Source: Anaerolineaceae bacterium (GTDB taxonomy: Bacteria > Chloroflexota > Anaerolineae > Anaerolineales > UBA11657). From it: a stretch of 64,000 nucleotides of DNA. The notes below the pieces were generated by a model. It did not search any database, was not told the origin of the DNA, and was given only the letters and a program-made list of their open reading frames with translations. This document shows positions 35,953 through 45,445 of this stretch, piece by piece (the stretch's first letter is position 1; every line of letters begins with the position of its first letter). Made by a program: the position numbers and the translations under genes. Location: positions 192,315 to 256,314 of the forward strand of contig BGOS01000003.1 in the NCBI GenBank assembly GCA_003569365.1, read 5' to 3'.

Positions 35953-36885
35953 ATGCATGTGCCGGACGGTTTTCTCTCAACCTCCGTGGCGTTGGCCGGG
36001 TGGGTGCTGATGGCGGCCACAGTGGCATATGCCCTGCGGCAGACTGCGGGCCAGCTGGGTGACCGGCAAATGCCGTTGATGGGCGTGCTGGCTGCGTTTA
36101 TTTTTGCTGCGCAATCGATTAACTTTCCGGTGCTGGGTGGCACATCCGGGCATTTGCTGGGCGGAGCACTTGCAGCCATTATCGTAGGCCCCTGGGCCGC
36201 CGTGCTGGTAATGACAAGTGTGGTTGCAATTCAGGCCGTGCTTTTTCAAGATGGCGGCTTGCTCGCGCTGGGTTTCAACGTTTTGAATATGGGCGTACTG
36301 ACGGCTTTCACGGGTTTCGCAGTATTCCAGCTAGTGGTGCTTATGCTTGGCCACGGTCGTCGGTCTACCCTGATAGCGGGCGCGGTGGGCGCGTGGCTTT
36401 CTGTGGTTGTTGGATCGGTAGCTTGCGCGGTGGAGCTTGCAATCTCCGGCACGACTCCAATTGGTATCGCCCTGCCTGCCATGGTCGGTGTGCATATTGT
36501 GATTGGCCTTGGCGAAGCCGTGGTAACGGTCGGGGCGCTATCATTTGTTTACGCAGCCCGACGGGATCTGCTTGAGCAAGGTGCATCCGCGCCCGGTAAA
36601 GTAAGCGCAGCGGTATGGCTCGCGGGTCTTGCGATTGCGTTAGTGGTGGCTGGGTTTTCTTTTGCAGCGAGCCCGGATCCGGATGGCTTGGAGCGGGTGG
36701 CAGCAGACATTGGTTTTCTTTCAAAGGCCAGCGCCCCGCTGTTTAATATATTTCCGGATTACACATTACCTTTTGTGAGTGATCCAGTCATTTCTGGCAT
36801 TCTGGCCGTGATGGCTGGTACGATGGTTGTGTTTGGCACGGTTTTTCTCGTGGCTGGGTTGCAACGGCGGCGGGTTGATGCCTGA
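35953..36885 (+). CDS. cbiM: ECF-transporter substrate-capture component CbiM/NikM fused to a PDGLE (CbiN/NikN-like) C-terminal domain
   Basis: The canonical N-terminus MHVPDGFL begins at 35953. The track ORF starts 31 codons earlier at 35860, which could be a cleaved leader. The C-terminal ~90 aa contain SPDPDGLERVA plus one TM. Confidence 0.8.
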   Translation: MHVPDGFLSTSVALAGWVLMAATVAYALRQTAGQLGDRQMPLMGVLAAFIFAAQSINFPVLGGTSGHLLGGALAAIIVGPWAAVLVMTSVVAIQAVLFQDGGLLALGFNVLNMGVLTAFTGFAVFQLVVLMLGHGRRSTLIAGAVGAWLSVVVGSVACAVELAISGTTPIGIALPAMVGVHIVIGLGEAVVTVGALSFVYAARRDLLEQGASAPGKVSAAVWLAGLAIALVVAGFSFAASPDPDGLERVAADIGFLSKASAPLFNIFPDYTLPFVSDPVISGILAVMAGTMVVFGTVFLVAGLQRRRVDA

Positions 36886-36887
36886 AT

Positions 36888-37679
36888 GTGCTGCACCTTG
36901 ATTTAGCGGATCATTATAGAAGCGGGTCGAGCCGGATACACCTGCTGGATGCGCGGGTAAAGCTTAGCGCAGCGCTGAGTTTTATTCTGATAGTCAGCCT
37001 CATTAATCCCTTGCGCCTGGGCGGCTGGTTTGCGCTGGCGTTGTTATTTCTCTCCACGCTCTTGGTTTCGGGTGCTTCCGGATTGGGAACCGGGTACGCC
37101 TTTCGGCGGTCGTATCTAGCGCTGCCTTTTGTTTTGGGGGCACTTGCGCTGCCGTTCACTGTGCGGGGCACCCCGGTAGCAGAAGTTGCTGGATGGGTAA
37201 TCAGCCGCGAAGGCACGATCCGGTTATTCGGCATCTTTGCAAAATCCTGGATTTCTGTGCAAATTGCAATCTTGCTGTCGGTGGTCACGCCGTTTCCGGA
37301 CATGCTCTGGGCACTGCGCGCGCTGCGCGTTCCAAAGCCATTGGTGAGCATCGTCGCATTTATGTATCGCTATCTTTTTGTTTTGATGGATGAGGCGTTG
37401 CGCCTGCGGCGGGCGCGTTCGGCGCGCTGCGCGCAGGGTGGGCAGCGCGCGGGCGGCGGCCTGCTGTGGCGTGGGCGGGTGGCTGGCGGACTGGTGGGTA
37501 ATCTGATGCTGCGCTCATTTGAGCGCAGTGAGCGTATTTACAATGCCATGCTTGCGCGCGGCTTCACTGGTGAGTTGAAGACGTTCGGGCGGCCAGCGGT
37601 GGCAGGTGAGGACATGTATTTACTGGCGGCATGGGTCTCGTTTTTGGTGCTTGCGTTGGTTGCGGCATTTTCTTTCTGA
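36888..37679 (+). CDS. cbiQ: ECF transporter transmembrane (T) component CbiQ
   Basis: 263 aa. GTG start 2 nt after the cbiM stop. Motifs HLLDARVKL and the EAA-like region ALRLRRARSAR. Confidence 0.8.
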   Translation: MLHLDLADHYRSGSSRIHLLDARVKLSAALSFILIVSLINPLRLGGWFALALLFLSTLLVSGASGLGTGYAFRRSYLALPFVLGALALPFTVRGTPVAEVAGWVISREGTIRLFGIFAKSWISVQIAILLSVVTPFPDMLWALRALRVPKPLVSIVAFMYRYLFVLMDEALRLRRARSARCAQGGQRAGGGLLWRGRVAGGLVGNLMLRSFERSERIYNAMLARGFTGELKTFGRPAVAGEDMYLLAAWVSFLVLALVAAFSF

Positions 37680-37693
37680 GAGGCAGCCGGATT

Positions 37694-38404
37694 ATGCACC
37701 ATACGATTGAAGTTCATAACCTTTCTTACCGGTACCCGGACGGGCACGCGGCGCTGGATGGCGTGACGCTGCGCATAGAGCCGGGCGAAAAGGTGGGATT
37801 GGTCGGCCCGAATGGCGCGGGCAAGTCCACGTTGATTTTGCATCTGAATGGTATTTTTCGTTGCACCAGCGGGTCCGTGCATGTGTGCGACGTGGAAGTA
37901 TGCGAGCAAACGCTTGGCAAGGTGCGGGCAGCGGTGGGGCTTGTATTTCAGGATCCGGATGACCAGTTGTTTTCGCCAACTGTTTTTGAGGACGTGGCGT
38001 TTGGCCCGATGCACATGGGAATGCGCGAGGCTGAGGTGCGGCGGCGCGTGGCGGCTGCGCTGGAAGCGGTCAATATGGCAGACTACCAGCAGCGGGTGTC
38101 ACATCACTTGAGCACTGGTGAAAAAAAGCGGATTGCAATTGCCACTGTGCTTTCGATGGATCCTGAAATTCTAGTGATGGATGAACCTTCTGCTGGCCTT
38201 GACCCGCGGGCGCGGCGCGGATTTATAAAGCTGCTGCGGGATTTACCGCAAACGATGCTCGTGGCGACGCACGATATCCGGCTGGTGCAGGAAGTGTTTA
38301 CGCGCGTGCTGGTGATGGACCACGGGCGCATCGTAGCGGACGGTGCCACGGATGCGATTTTGGGGGATGCTGCGCTGCTGGCGCGGCACGGTTTGGAGTT
38401 ATAG
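37694..38404 (+). CDS. cbiO: ECF transporter ATPase CbiO
   Basis: I chose the ATG at 37694 (MHHTIEVHNLSYRYPDG). Walker A GPNGAGKST, signature LSTGEKKR, Walker B LVMDEPSAGLD. Confidence 0.9.
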   Translation: MHHTIEVHNLSYRYPDGHAALDGVTLRIEPGEKVGLVGPNGAGKSTLILHLNGIFRCTSGSVHVCDVEVCEQTLGKVRAAVGLVFQDPDDQLFSPTVFEDVAFGPMHMGMREAEVRRRVAAALEAVNMADYQQRVSHHLSTGEKKRIAIATVLSMDPEILVMDEPSAGLDPRARRGFIKLLRDLPQTMLVATHDIRLVQEVFTRVLVMDHGRIVADGATDAILGDAALLARHGLEL

Positions 38405-38438
38405 CGGCTGAGGCCGGCTTGTTTGTCATGTGTGGGTT

Positions 38439-38459
38439 GAGCCGCGTGCAACGCGGCTC
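38439..38459. terminator. 8-bp GC-rich hairpin between convergent cbiO and pepA
   Basis: GAGCCGCG (38439-46), loop TGCAA, CGCGGCTC (38452-59). No U-tract on either strand, so terminator function is uncertain. Confidence 0.3.
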
Positions 38460-38566
38460 TGCGATTTAAGGGGAGCACAGATTTGGTTGCGGCAGCAGTT
38501 AACATTGCAGCAGCCGCTGACAAGTTGGGACCGTCGGGATGCGCAGCATTGGCTGCACCGCAGTGA

Positions 38567-40075
38567 TTACACGCCGGAGAACTCCATTGCCAGATCCAAG
38601 AGCAGGCGCACGCCATAACCGGTGGCACCTTTGGGCGTGAGCGGGTTGTCGTCGGTGTCGGTCCAAACCATGGAAGCAATGTCGAGGTGGGCCCAGGGGT
38701 AGCCTTCGGTGAAGTGCTCGATGAATTTGGCGCTGGTGCTTACGCCTTCGGTGCGGCCGCCGCTGTTTTTTACTTCGGCCATGGCGGTTTCGATGGGCTT
38801 GAAGTATTCGGGGTACATGGGCATGGGCCACAGGCGTTCGCCGGTGCGCTGCGCGGCGGCGAGCAGTGCGGACTGCAGAGCGTCGTTGTTGGCGAAGCAG
38901 CCAGCGGCTTGACGGCCGAGGGCGATGCCAATCGCACCGGTGAGCGTGGCAAGGTTGACCACGGCGGCCGGGTTGTAGCGCGCCACATAGCCAAGCGCAT
39001 CCGCCAGCACCAGCCGCCCTTCGGCATCGGTGCTGATGATCTCAACTGTTTTGCCGGTGATGCCGGTGAGGATGTCGCCGGGCCGGAAGGCGTTTCCATC
39101 CGGCATGTTCTCAATGCAAATGGCGACGCCGAGCACGCGGCGCGGCACTTGCAGGCGCGCAATTGCCTGCAGCGCGCCAACCACCGCAGCGGCGCCGCCC
39201 ATGTCGTCTTTCATCAGCCACATGTTTTCCGGATCCTTCAACGAGATGCCGCCAGTGTCAAATGTGATGCCCTTGCCCACAAGCACCAGCGGCGCAGAAG
39301 TTTCCAGGCCCTTGGGCGCATGCTCCAAAATAATAAAGCGCGGCGGGTTTTTGCTGCCGCGGCTGACTGCCAGCGCGATGCCCATGCCGGCGCTTTGCAT
39401 GGCTGCCTCGTCCAGAATGGTGCATGCCAGGCCGGTAGCGGCTGCCATTGCACTTGCGCGCGCTGCAAATTCTTGCGGGTTGAGAATGTTGCCGGGTTCG
39501 CTGACGTAATTGCGTGCCTGGCTGACGGCTGCGGCGACGGCTGCGCCGGCCTCCACGCCGGCTTGGATGGATGCCAGTTTGTCGGCGTCCAGCTCCACCA
39601 CGCTGCAGGTTAGCGGGCCCGCGGGCAAAGCAGTGCGCCGGTATTGCGGCGGACGGTAGGCGCTGAGCAGTGCGCCTTCGGCTGTGGCCTGTGCGGCTGC
39701 GCGCGCGTTAAGGCCGCCGATGCCCGCGCCATGCACAATTGTGGCGTAAGACTTGACGCCGGAGAGACGGCCGACCGCGCGGCCGGCCACAGCTGCGGCG
39801 CGGCGCGCCGCAATCAAATCAAACTTGGCTGCGGAGCCGAGGCCCACCAAAAGAACGCGCGCTGCGCCAATCTGGTTGTTGGTGTACAGCACGGCGCTGG
39901 TGTCCATTTTGCCAGTGAAGTCACCGCTGGCAATCAGGCGTGAGATTGCGCCACCAAGCGCGGTATCAACTGTGCCGGTTGCGCCGCCCGGCGTTGTGAC
40001 ACCTTCAAACAGATTCACCACGATGCAGTCTGAGGTGTCTGTGATGATGGAATGCTGCTGGACTGATATTTGCAT
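38567..40075 (-). CDS. pepA: Leucyl aminopeptidase (M17)
   Basis: 502 aa. Motifs VGKGITFDTGG, MKDDMGGAA, IISTDAEGRLVLADAL. Confidence 0.9.
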   Translation of the reverse strand: MQISVQQHSIITDTSDCIVVNLFEGVTTPGGATGTVDTALGGAISRLIASGDFTGKMDTSAVLYTNNQIGAARVLLVGLGSAAKFDLIAARRAAAVAGRAVGRLSGVKSYATIVHGAGIGGLNARAAAQATAEGALLSAYRPPQYRRTALPAGPLTCSVVELDADKLASIQAGVEAGAAVAAAVSQARNYVSEPGNILNPQEFAARASAMAAATGLACTILDEAAMQSAGMGIALAVSRGSKNPPRFIILEHAPKGLETSAPLVLVGKGITFDTGGISLKDPENMWLMKDDMGGAAAVVGALQAIARLQVPRRVLGVAICIENMPDGNAFRPGDILTGITGKTVEIISTDAEGRLVLADALGYVARYNPAAVVNLATLTGAIGIALGRQAAGCFANNDALQSALLAAAQRTGERLWPMPMYPEYFKPIETAMAEVKNSGGRTEGVSTSAKFIEHFTEGYPWAHLDIASMVWTDTDDNPLTPKGATGYGVRLLLDLAMEFSGV

Positions 40076-40121
40076 GGGGGCAATACTCCGTGCGCCAACT
40101 ATAACAAACTGGAGCGTTGTA

Positions 40122-41057
40122 TCACGGGGCGGCAGGTGTGCTTAGTGCGAGCTCCGTGAAGACATCCTCCAGGGTTGGATCAGCGGGCAGCACCTGTGCA
40201 TGCGGGCAGCCGGCTGCAGCGAGTATGGCTTGCAGACTGCCCGCGGTGCAAGTACCGTGCAGCGTTACGGCGTGCAGCCGGTCACCCAGCAGGCTCGCAC
40301 GGCGTACGCCCGGATGTGCTTGTAGTGCGCCGAGCGCAGCGAGCAGGGGCGTGGCCACTATTTCCCACGCGGGTCCGGCAACCAGCGTTTGCTTGAGAGC
40401 GCCGGGCGTATCGATAGCCAGCAGCCGGCCGGCGTGCATGATACCGAGGCGGGTGCAGTGTTCAGCCTCATCTAGATAGTGTGTGCTCACAAATATTGTG
40501 GTGCCTTGTTCCGCCAGCGCGTAGATCAAGTCCCAGAACTCGCGGCGCGTAGCCGGATCCACGCCGCTGGTGGGCTCGTCTAGAAACAGCAGGCGCGGGC
40601 TGTGCACCAGCGCGATGCCGAGGGCCAGGCGCTGGCGCCAACCGCCGGACAGCTGGCCGGCAATGGCGTTGGCATGGTTGATTGCACCGATGGTTTGCAG
40701 CACGGCTTGCACCCGCGGCTGGCGCACTGCCGGTGGCATGCCATAGACACCGGCGTAGAACTGCAGGTTCTCGCGCACTGTGAGATCCTCGTAGAGCGCG
40801 AACTTCTGGCTCATGTAGCCCACCAGCGGCCGGATGAGTTCGGTCTCGCGCTGTGCATCGTAGCCAAGCACGCTGGCGCTGCCGGCGGTGGGCTGCATCA
40901 GGCCCAGCAGCATGCGCATGGTGGTAGTCTTGCCGCTGCCGTTGGGGCCAAGGAAGCCCAGTACTTCGCCGGTGTCTACGGTGAAGGTGACGCCATCGAC
41001 GGCGGTGAAGTCGCCGAATTTTTTGGTGAGGCCGCGCAGCGCGATGGCTGTGGTCAT
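40122..41057 (-). CDS. ABC transporter ATP-binding protein (ABC-2 exporter, second NBD gene)
   Basis: 311 aa. Motifs GPNGSGKTT, LSGGWRQRL, LFLDEPTSGVD. Start overlaps the upstream stop (41054-41057). Confidence 0.9.
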   Translation of the reverse strand: MTTAIALRGLTKKFGDFTAVDGVTFTVDTGEVLGFLGPNGSGKTTTMRMLLGLMQPTAGSASVLGYDAQRETELIRPLVGYMSQKFALYEDLTVRENLQFYAGVYGMPPAVRQPRVQAVLQTIGAINHANAIAGQLSGGWRQRLALGIALVHSPRLLFLDEPTSGVDPATRREFWDLIYALAEQGTTIFVSTHYLDEAEHCTRLGIMHAGRLLAIDTPGALKQTLVAGPAWEIVATPLLAALGALQAHPGVRRASLLGDRLHAVTLHGTCTAGSLQAILAAAGCPHAQVLPADPTLEDVFTELALSTPAAP

Positions 41058-41983
41058 GGTGTGGGCGGTGCTGCGAGCAGCGCGATGAAGACGTCTTCGA
41101 GGGTGGGTGCAATGGGGCGCAGCTGCGTGACGGTTACGGCGGCAGCCGCCAGCGCGGCTGGCAAGCGCTGCAGCGGGCCGGCTGCGCTGCGCACGCGCAA
41201 ATGCAGGCGGTCGCCGAAGGTCACTGCCTCCACCAAGTCCTCATCCTGCATGCAGATGCGGCGGGCTTGCTTTAGGGGCGCAGCAGTGAGCTCAAGCACG
41301 GCGCCATCAAAGGCTTGGGTGAGGGCGCGCGGGCTGCCGGTGGTAAGCATGCGGCCGCTGTGCATGAAGCCGAGGCGCTGGCAGCGGGCGGCTTCGTCCA
41401 TGTAGGTGGTGGTCACAACCAGTGCCATGCCGCCCGCGAGCAGGCGGATGAGCAATTGCCAAAAATCCTGGCGCGTGACTGGATCGACACCGGCAGTGGG
41501 TTCGTCCAGCAAGAGCACTGTGGGCGCGTGCACAATGGCGCAGGCGAGGCCGAGTTTTTGCTTCATGCCGCCGGACAGCTGGCCGGCAAGGCGGTTCTCA
41601 AAACCAGCGAGGTTTACAAAGCCCAGCAGTTCGGTAATCCGGGCCTGCACGGCGCCGGGTGGCATGCCGCGCACCGCTGCAAAGAAGGCAAGGTTCTCTT
41701 GCACGGTGAGATCTGTGTAAAGCGCAAAGCGCTGCGCAAGATAACCGGCACTGCTGCGGGCTTTATCCGGGTCGGTGGCGAGATTTATCCCGCAGAGTTC
41801 GACGCTGCCCGCGTCTGGCGTTAGTGCGCCAATCAGCAGGCGAATGGCGGTTGTTTTTCCAGCACCGTCGGGGCCCACCAGGCCGTAGGCTTCGCCGGCT
41901 GCAACTGTGAGGCTGATGCCTTGCACGGCGCGCGTTTTGCCAAAGGATTTGCTTAGGGCGCGCGCTTCAACCAGAGTGCTCAC
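41054..41983 (-). CDS. ABC transporter ATP-binding protein (ABC-2 exporter, first NBD gene)
   Basis: 309 aa. Motifs GPDGAGKTT, LSGGMKQKL, LLLDEPTAGVD. Confidence 0.9.
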   Translation of the reverse strand: MSTLVEARALSKSFGKTRAVQGISLTVAAGEAYGLVGPDGAGKTTAIRLLIGALTPDAGSVELCGINLATDPDKARSSAGYLAQRFALYTDLTVQENLAFFAAVRGMPPGAVQARITELLGFVNLAGFENRLAGQLSGGMKQKLGLACAIVHAPTVLLLDEPTAGVDPVTRQDFWQLLIRLLAGGMALVVTTTYMDEAARCQRLGFMHSGRMLTTGSPRALTQAFDGAVLELTAAPLKQARRICMQDEDLVEAVTFGDRLHLRVRSAAGPLQRLPAALAAAAVTVTQLRPIAPTLEDVFIALLAAPPTP

Positions 41984-41988
41984 GCGCG

Positions 41989-42999
41989 TTAGGGTGCGAA
42001 GGTTACATCAGCCGGCATGCCGGGCTTGAGCTGGGCGTTTGGATTTTCAATTGAGAGGCGGATGGCAAACACGGTTGCCTTGCGCGCGTCGGTGGTCTGC
42101 GTGTTGCGCGGGGTGAACTCGGCCTTGTCCGCGATATGGGTGACGGTTGCGGCAAAAGTTTTGCCGGGGTACGAGTCAACTGTAACCAATGCCTGCGCGC
42201 CAAGTTTGATGGCACCGTAGCGCGCCTCGGGCACAAACACGGTCACATGCAGGTGTGCCAGATCAGCAAGTACAAACAGCGGTACGCCGGGCAACACCAC
42301 CGCGCCTGGCTCCACTGTGCGCGACAGCAGCGTTGCAGTGAGAGGTGCTTTGAGCGTAAGCTTTGCAAGCTGCACATCCAGGACAGCGATGGCGGCAGTG
42401 GCGGCATCAGCCTGCGCCTGGGCGGCGGCTGATTGGGCTACGCTGCTGGTGATCTGGTTGGGGTTGGTGCCGGCAGCGAGCAGTGCGTACTGCGCTTCTG
42501 CATTTTCCTGGGAGCTGAGGGCGGCGGCGAGCTGCTGCCGGGCTGCGCGTCCGGCGGCGGTGTCTGATGTTTTTGGCGGCAGCGCATCCAAGTTCTCTTG
42601 CAGGCCGGCAACTAACAGCTTGGCTTTGTCCACGATCGTCTGGGCAACTGCCAGCGCCTCTTTCGTGGGCGCAGTTTTTAGCAACGCCAGATTGGCTGCG
42701 GCAGCGGCAGCGCTGCTTTGCGCAGCCGCTGCTGCGGCTGCTGCCTGCGTGCGCTGCGCGTTGAGCAGCGCGTCGTCCAGCTTTAGCAGCGTTTGGCTCT
42801 GATTGACCAGGTCCCCTTCCGCAGCGCTGATTGAGGTGACGCGGCCGCTGACTTCGGCCGCAATGACAACCTCCACGGCTTCAATTGTGCCGGTGGCGGT
42901 TAACGCGCTGGAAGCTGTGGGCCGTGTGGTGTACCACCACCAGCCGCCGCCAGCGAGAAGTAAGACGAGCAGCAGTGGTGCCAGTTGCTTTGGTTTCAT
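41989..42999 (-). CDS. HlyD-family membrane-fusion/periplasmic adaptor protein
   Basis: 336 aa. N-terminal TM, then GTIEAVEVVIAAEVSGRV, a long Ala/Gln coiled-coil, and a C-terminal beta-barrel motif LKPGMPADV. Confidence 0.85.
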   Translation of the reverse strand: MKPKQLAPLLLVLLLAGGGWWWYTTRPTASSALTATGTIEAVEVVIAAEVSGRVTSISAAEGDLVNQSQTLLKLDDALLNAQRTQAAAAAAAAQSSAAAAAANLALLKTAPTKEALAVAQTIVDKAKLLVAGLQENLDALPPKTSDTAAGRAARQQLAAALSSQENAEAQYALLAAGTNPNQITSSVAQSAAAQAQADAATAAIAVLDVQLAKLTLKAPLTATLLSRTVEPGAVVLPGVPLFVLADLAHLHVTVFVPEARYGAIKLGAQALVTVDSYPGKTFAATVTHIADKAEFTPRNTQTTDARKATVFAIRLSIENPNAQLKPGMPADVTFAP

Positions 43000-43031
43000 T
43001 TTGACGACTCCTTGGATTGCCGGTAAGCGCG

Positions 43032-44165
43032 TCAGTCCAGGCGCTTTTGGAAACGCGTGGCGGCGGCGGTGATTACCACCACTGCAAAAATGCTGAGTGC
43101 AATTATTTCCGGCCAGAGCTGCGCCACGCCCACGGCTTTGAGCACAATGCCGCGCACCACAATCAGGAAGTAGCGCAGCGGAATGGCGTAGCTGATAAGC
43201 TGCAGTGCGCGGGGCATGGCGGCTACCGGGTAAATGAAACCGGAAAGAAAAATGGAGGGCAGGTTGTAAAACAAGGCAAATATGATGGCTTCTTGCTGCG
43301 TGCCGGCGACGGTGGATATGAGGAGTCCCAGCGCCAGGTTGGTAACCAGGAAGAGTGCCGAGAGCAGTAGCAGCAGCGGCAGGCTGCCATTAATGGGCAC
43401 ACCAAACAGCAGTACGCCGCCTGCCAGGATTAGGAGTGTGTCGATGAAGGCGATCAAAACATAGGGCGCCAGCTTTCCCACAATGAGTTCCGCACCTGTG
43501 AGGGGTGTGACTATGAGCTGCTCGATGGTGCCGCGTTCACGCTCGCGCACAATGGCAGTGGCGGTGAGGATCACCGTCAGGAACTGGAGAATGAGGCCGA
43601 CGAGGGCGGGGATCATGTAATACGCGGAGATCAGGTCCGGGTTGTACCAGACGCGTGCCCGAACTTCGATTGCAGGCGCGGCGGCGACCGCCATGCCCCG
43701 CGCTGCGAGGCGTTCCACTGTGAGCGCGGTGGCGCGGGCCTGGCCGATCAGGGTGGCAGCCGCAAGCGCGGTGCCGGCGATGGCGGGATCCGAGCCGTCG
43801 ATAATGAAGGCCACCTGTGCCGGCCGTCCGGCTGCGAGCCGGCTGCTGTAGTCCGGCGGAATGATCAGGCCGGTGCGCGCGTGGCCGCTATCAATCAGGG
43901 TGCGCAGTTCATCTTCGCTAGTTACATCGAAAGCTTGGCGGAAGTAGTCCGCGGTGCGAAACGAATCAAGCAGTTTGCGTGAGGCAGGCGATTTGTCTTG
44001 ATCCAGCACGGCGAGCGGGATGTTGCGCACATCGCTGGTGGCGGCGTAACCCAGCAGCAGCAGCTGCATGATGGGCATGATGAACACGAGAGCCAGCGTG
44101 CGCCGGTCGCGCATAATCTGGAGCCCTTCCTTGCGCATCAGAGCCAGCAGGCGCGTTAGGTTCAT
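43032..44165 (-). CDS. ABC-2-type transporter permease
   Basis: 377 aa. N-terminal cytoplasmic segment, a large extracytoplasmic loop, then 5 C-terminal TM segments. This is the typical YbhS/YbhR-like pattern. Confidence 0.85.
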   Translation of the reverse strand: MNLTRLLALMRKEGLQIMRDRRTLALVFIMPIMQLLLLGYAATSDVRNIPLAVLDQDKSPASRKLLDSFRTADYFRQAFDVTSEDELRTLIDSGHARTGLIIPPDYSSRLAAGRPAQVAFIIDGSDPAIAGTALAAATLIGQARATALTVERLAARGMAVAAAPAIEVRARVWYNPDLISAYYMIPALVGLILQFLTVILTATAIVRERERGTIEQLIVTPLTGAELIVGKLAPYVLIAFIDTLLILAGGVLLFGVPINGSLPLLLLLSALFLVTNLALGLLISTVAGTQQEAIIFALFYNLPSIFLSGFIYPVAAMPRALQLISYAIPLRYFLIVVRGIVLKAVGVAQLWPEIIALSIFAVVVITAAATRFQKRLD

Positions 44166-44231
44166 GGGTGGCTGGGGATTAGTTGTTGGCTGGCGAACAC
44201 CTTTTCATAAACCATGTTGTTGCTTTGTTTG

Positions 44232-45338
44232 TCAGATGGTGATTTTGCGGTCGCGCGCGGAGATACGCCAGGTGGTTGTGGCGCGCTGATTTTCCACGAT
44301 CACGGCAGACATGTACAGCGCAACGGTCGGGCAGATGTGGCGTGGAATGCCGTACAGGCAGTCGCCCACTTTGTAGTTGGCTGCGAGCGGTGTTTCCAAG
44401 ACGAGGTGTTCTTCGCTTTGCTGAAGGGCTTGTGCATCTTCAAGTCCCAACAGGGTGACGCGCGGATGCGGGTTTTCGGAGGCAATGGCTTTATGTCCCA
44501 GATCCACACAGACGAGATTGTCTCCCGGTTTGCTTATGACGCGGGTAAAAACCAGCGCAGCATGCTGGAAGTTGAGGTCCGGAAATTGTGCGGTACCGGT
44601 GTCTGAAAGCACCGTGGTGCCGGGGCTGCATTCAACGTCGCTGTTGGCGGCGTGAATTGGGAATGTGCGCGTGCCGCTGCTTACGAGGCGCGGCACCGGC
44701 AACCCGGCTGCCTGCAGATCGCTGCGCAGCTGGCGCACTGGCGCCATGTCTTGCGCACATTGGGCGGTGCGGGCGGTAATGTCGATCAGATTGTTGTGGC
44801 CGTCGTAGGCGTGCAGGCCGCCGGGCGTGATGCCGGGCAAGGTGGCCAACTCTTTGTAGATTGCGAAGGCCTGCGGGCCGGCTGCAATGCCGGTGCGGTG
44901 CATGCCGCAGTCCACATCCAGCAGCACTTCGGCGGTGGCGCCGGCTGCGGTCAGCGCTGCCGATAATGTGCGCATGACTGAGACATCGTCCGCGATCACG
45001 GAGAAGCGTGTTGCGGGAAAGGCGCGCGTAAGTTCCACGAAGCGCTGCACATTCGGGCCAACCGGCTGGTACGCAAGCATCACATCAAGCGCGCCGGCGT
45101 GCGCGGTCATTTCGGCTTCGGCGATGGTGGCACACTTGAATTTGTCGATGCCAGCCGCCAGCTTGAGCTTGATGATTTCGGGCAGCTTGTGGGTTTTCAC
45201 ATGCGGGCGCAGGCGCGCCGGACCGCCGGTAAGGCGCAGCATGTGCTGCAGGTTGGCCTGCACGCGGTCCGGGTAAATGAGCAGGGCCGGGGATGGTACG
45301 TCAGCGGCGTTGGTCATCTGGTGCGATTGTGAATTCAT
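44232..45338 (-). CDS. D-threonine-aldolase / D-serine-dehydratase-like PLP enzyme (alanine-racemase N-terminal fold)
   Basis: 368 aa. Motifs PALLIYPDRV..., RPHVKTHK (PLP lysine context), FKCATIAEAE. Confidence 0.75.
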   Translation of the reverse strand: MNSQSHQMTNAADVPSPALLIYPDRVQANLQHMLRLTGGPARLRPHVKTHKLPEIIKLKLAAGIDKFKCATIAEAEMTAHAGALDVMLAYQPVGPNVQRFVELTRAFPATRFSVIADDVSVMRTLSAALTAAGATAEVLLDVDCGMHRTGIAAGPQAFAIYKELATLPGITPGGLHAYDGHNNLIDITARTAQCAQDMAPVRQLRSDLQAAGLPVPRLVSSGTRTFPIHAANSDVECSPGTTVLSDTGTAQFPDLNFQHAALVFTRVISKPGDNLVCVDLGHKAIASENPHPRVTLLGLEDAQALQQSEEHLVLETPLAANYKVGDCLYGIPRHICPTVALYMSAVIVENQRATTTWRISARDRKITI

Positions 45339-45445
45339 GTGTTTAACCTGTTGGGATTCTGATTGTTACTGATGCCGCTGCGGATAAGCGAAATGGTTGG
45401 GAGTGCTGCAGCAGCAGGCTGCGCCGCTTGGTGGCGCTGCGGTTT

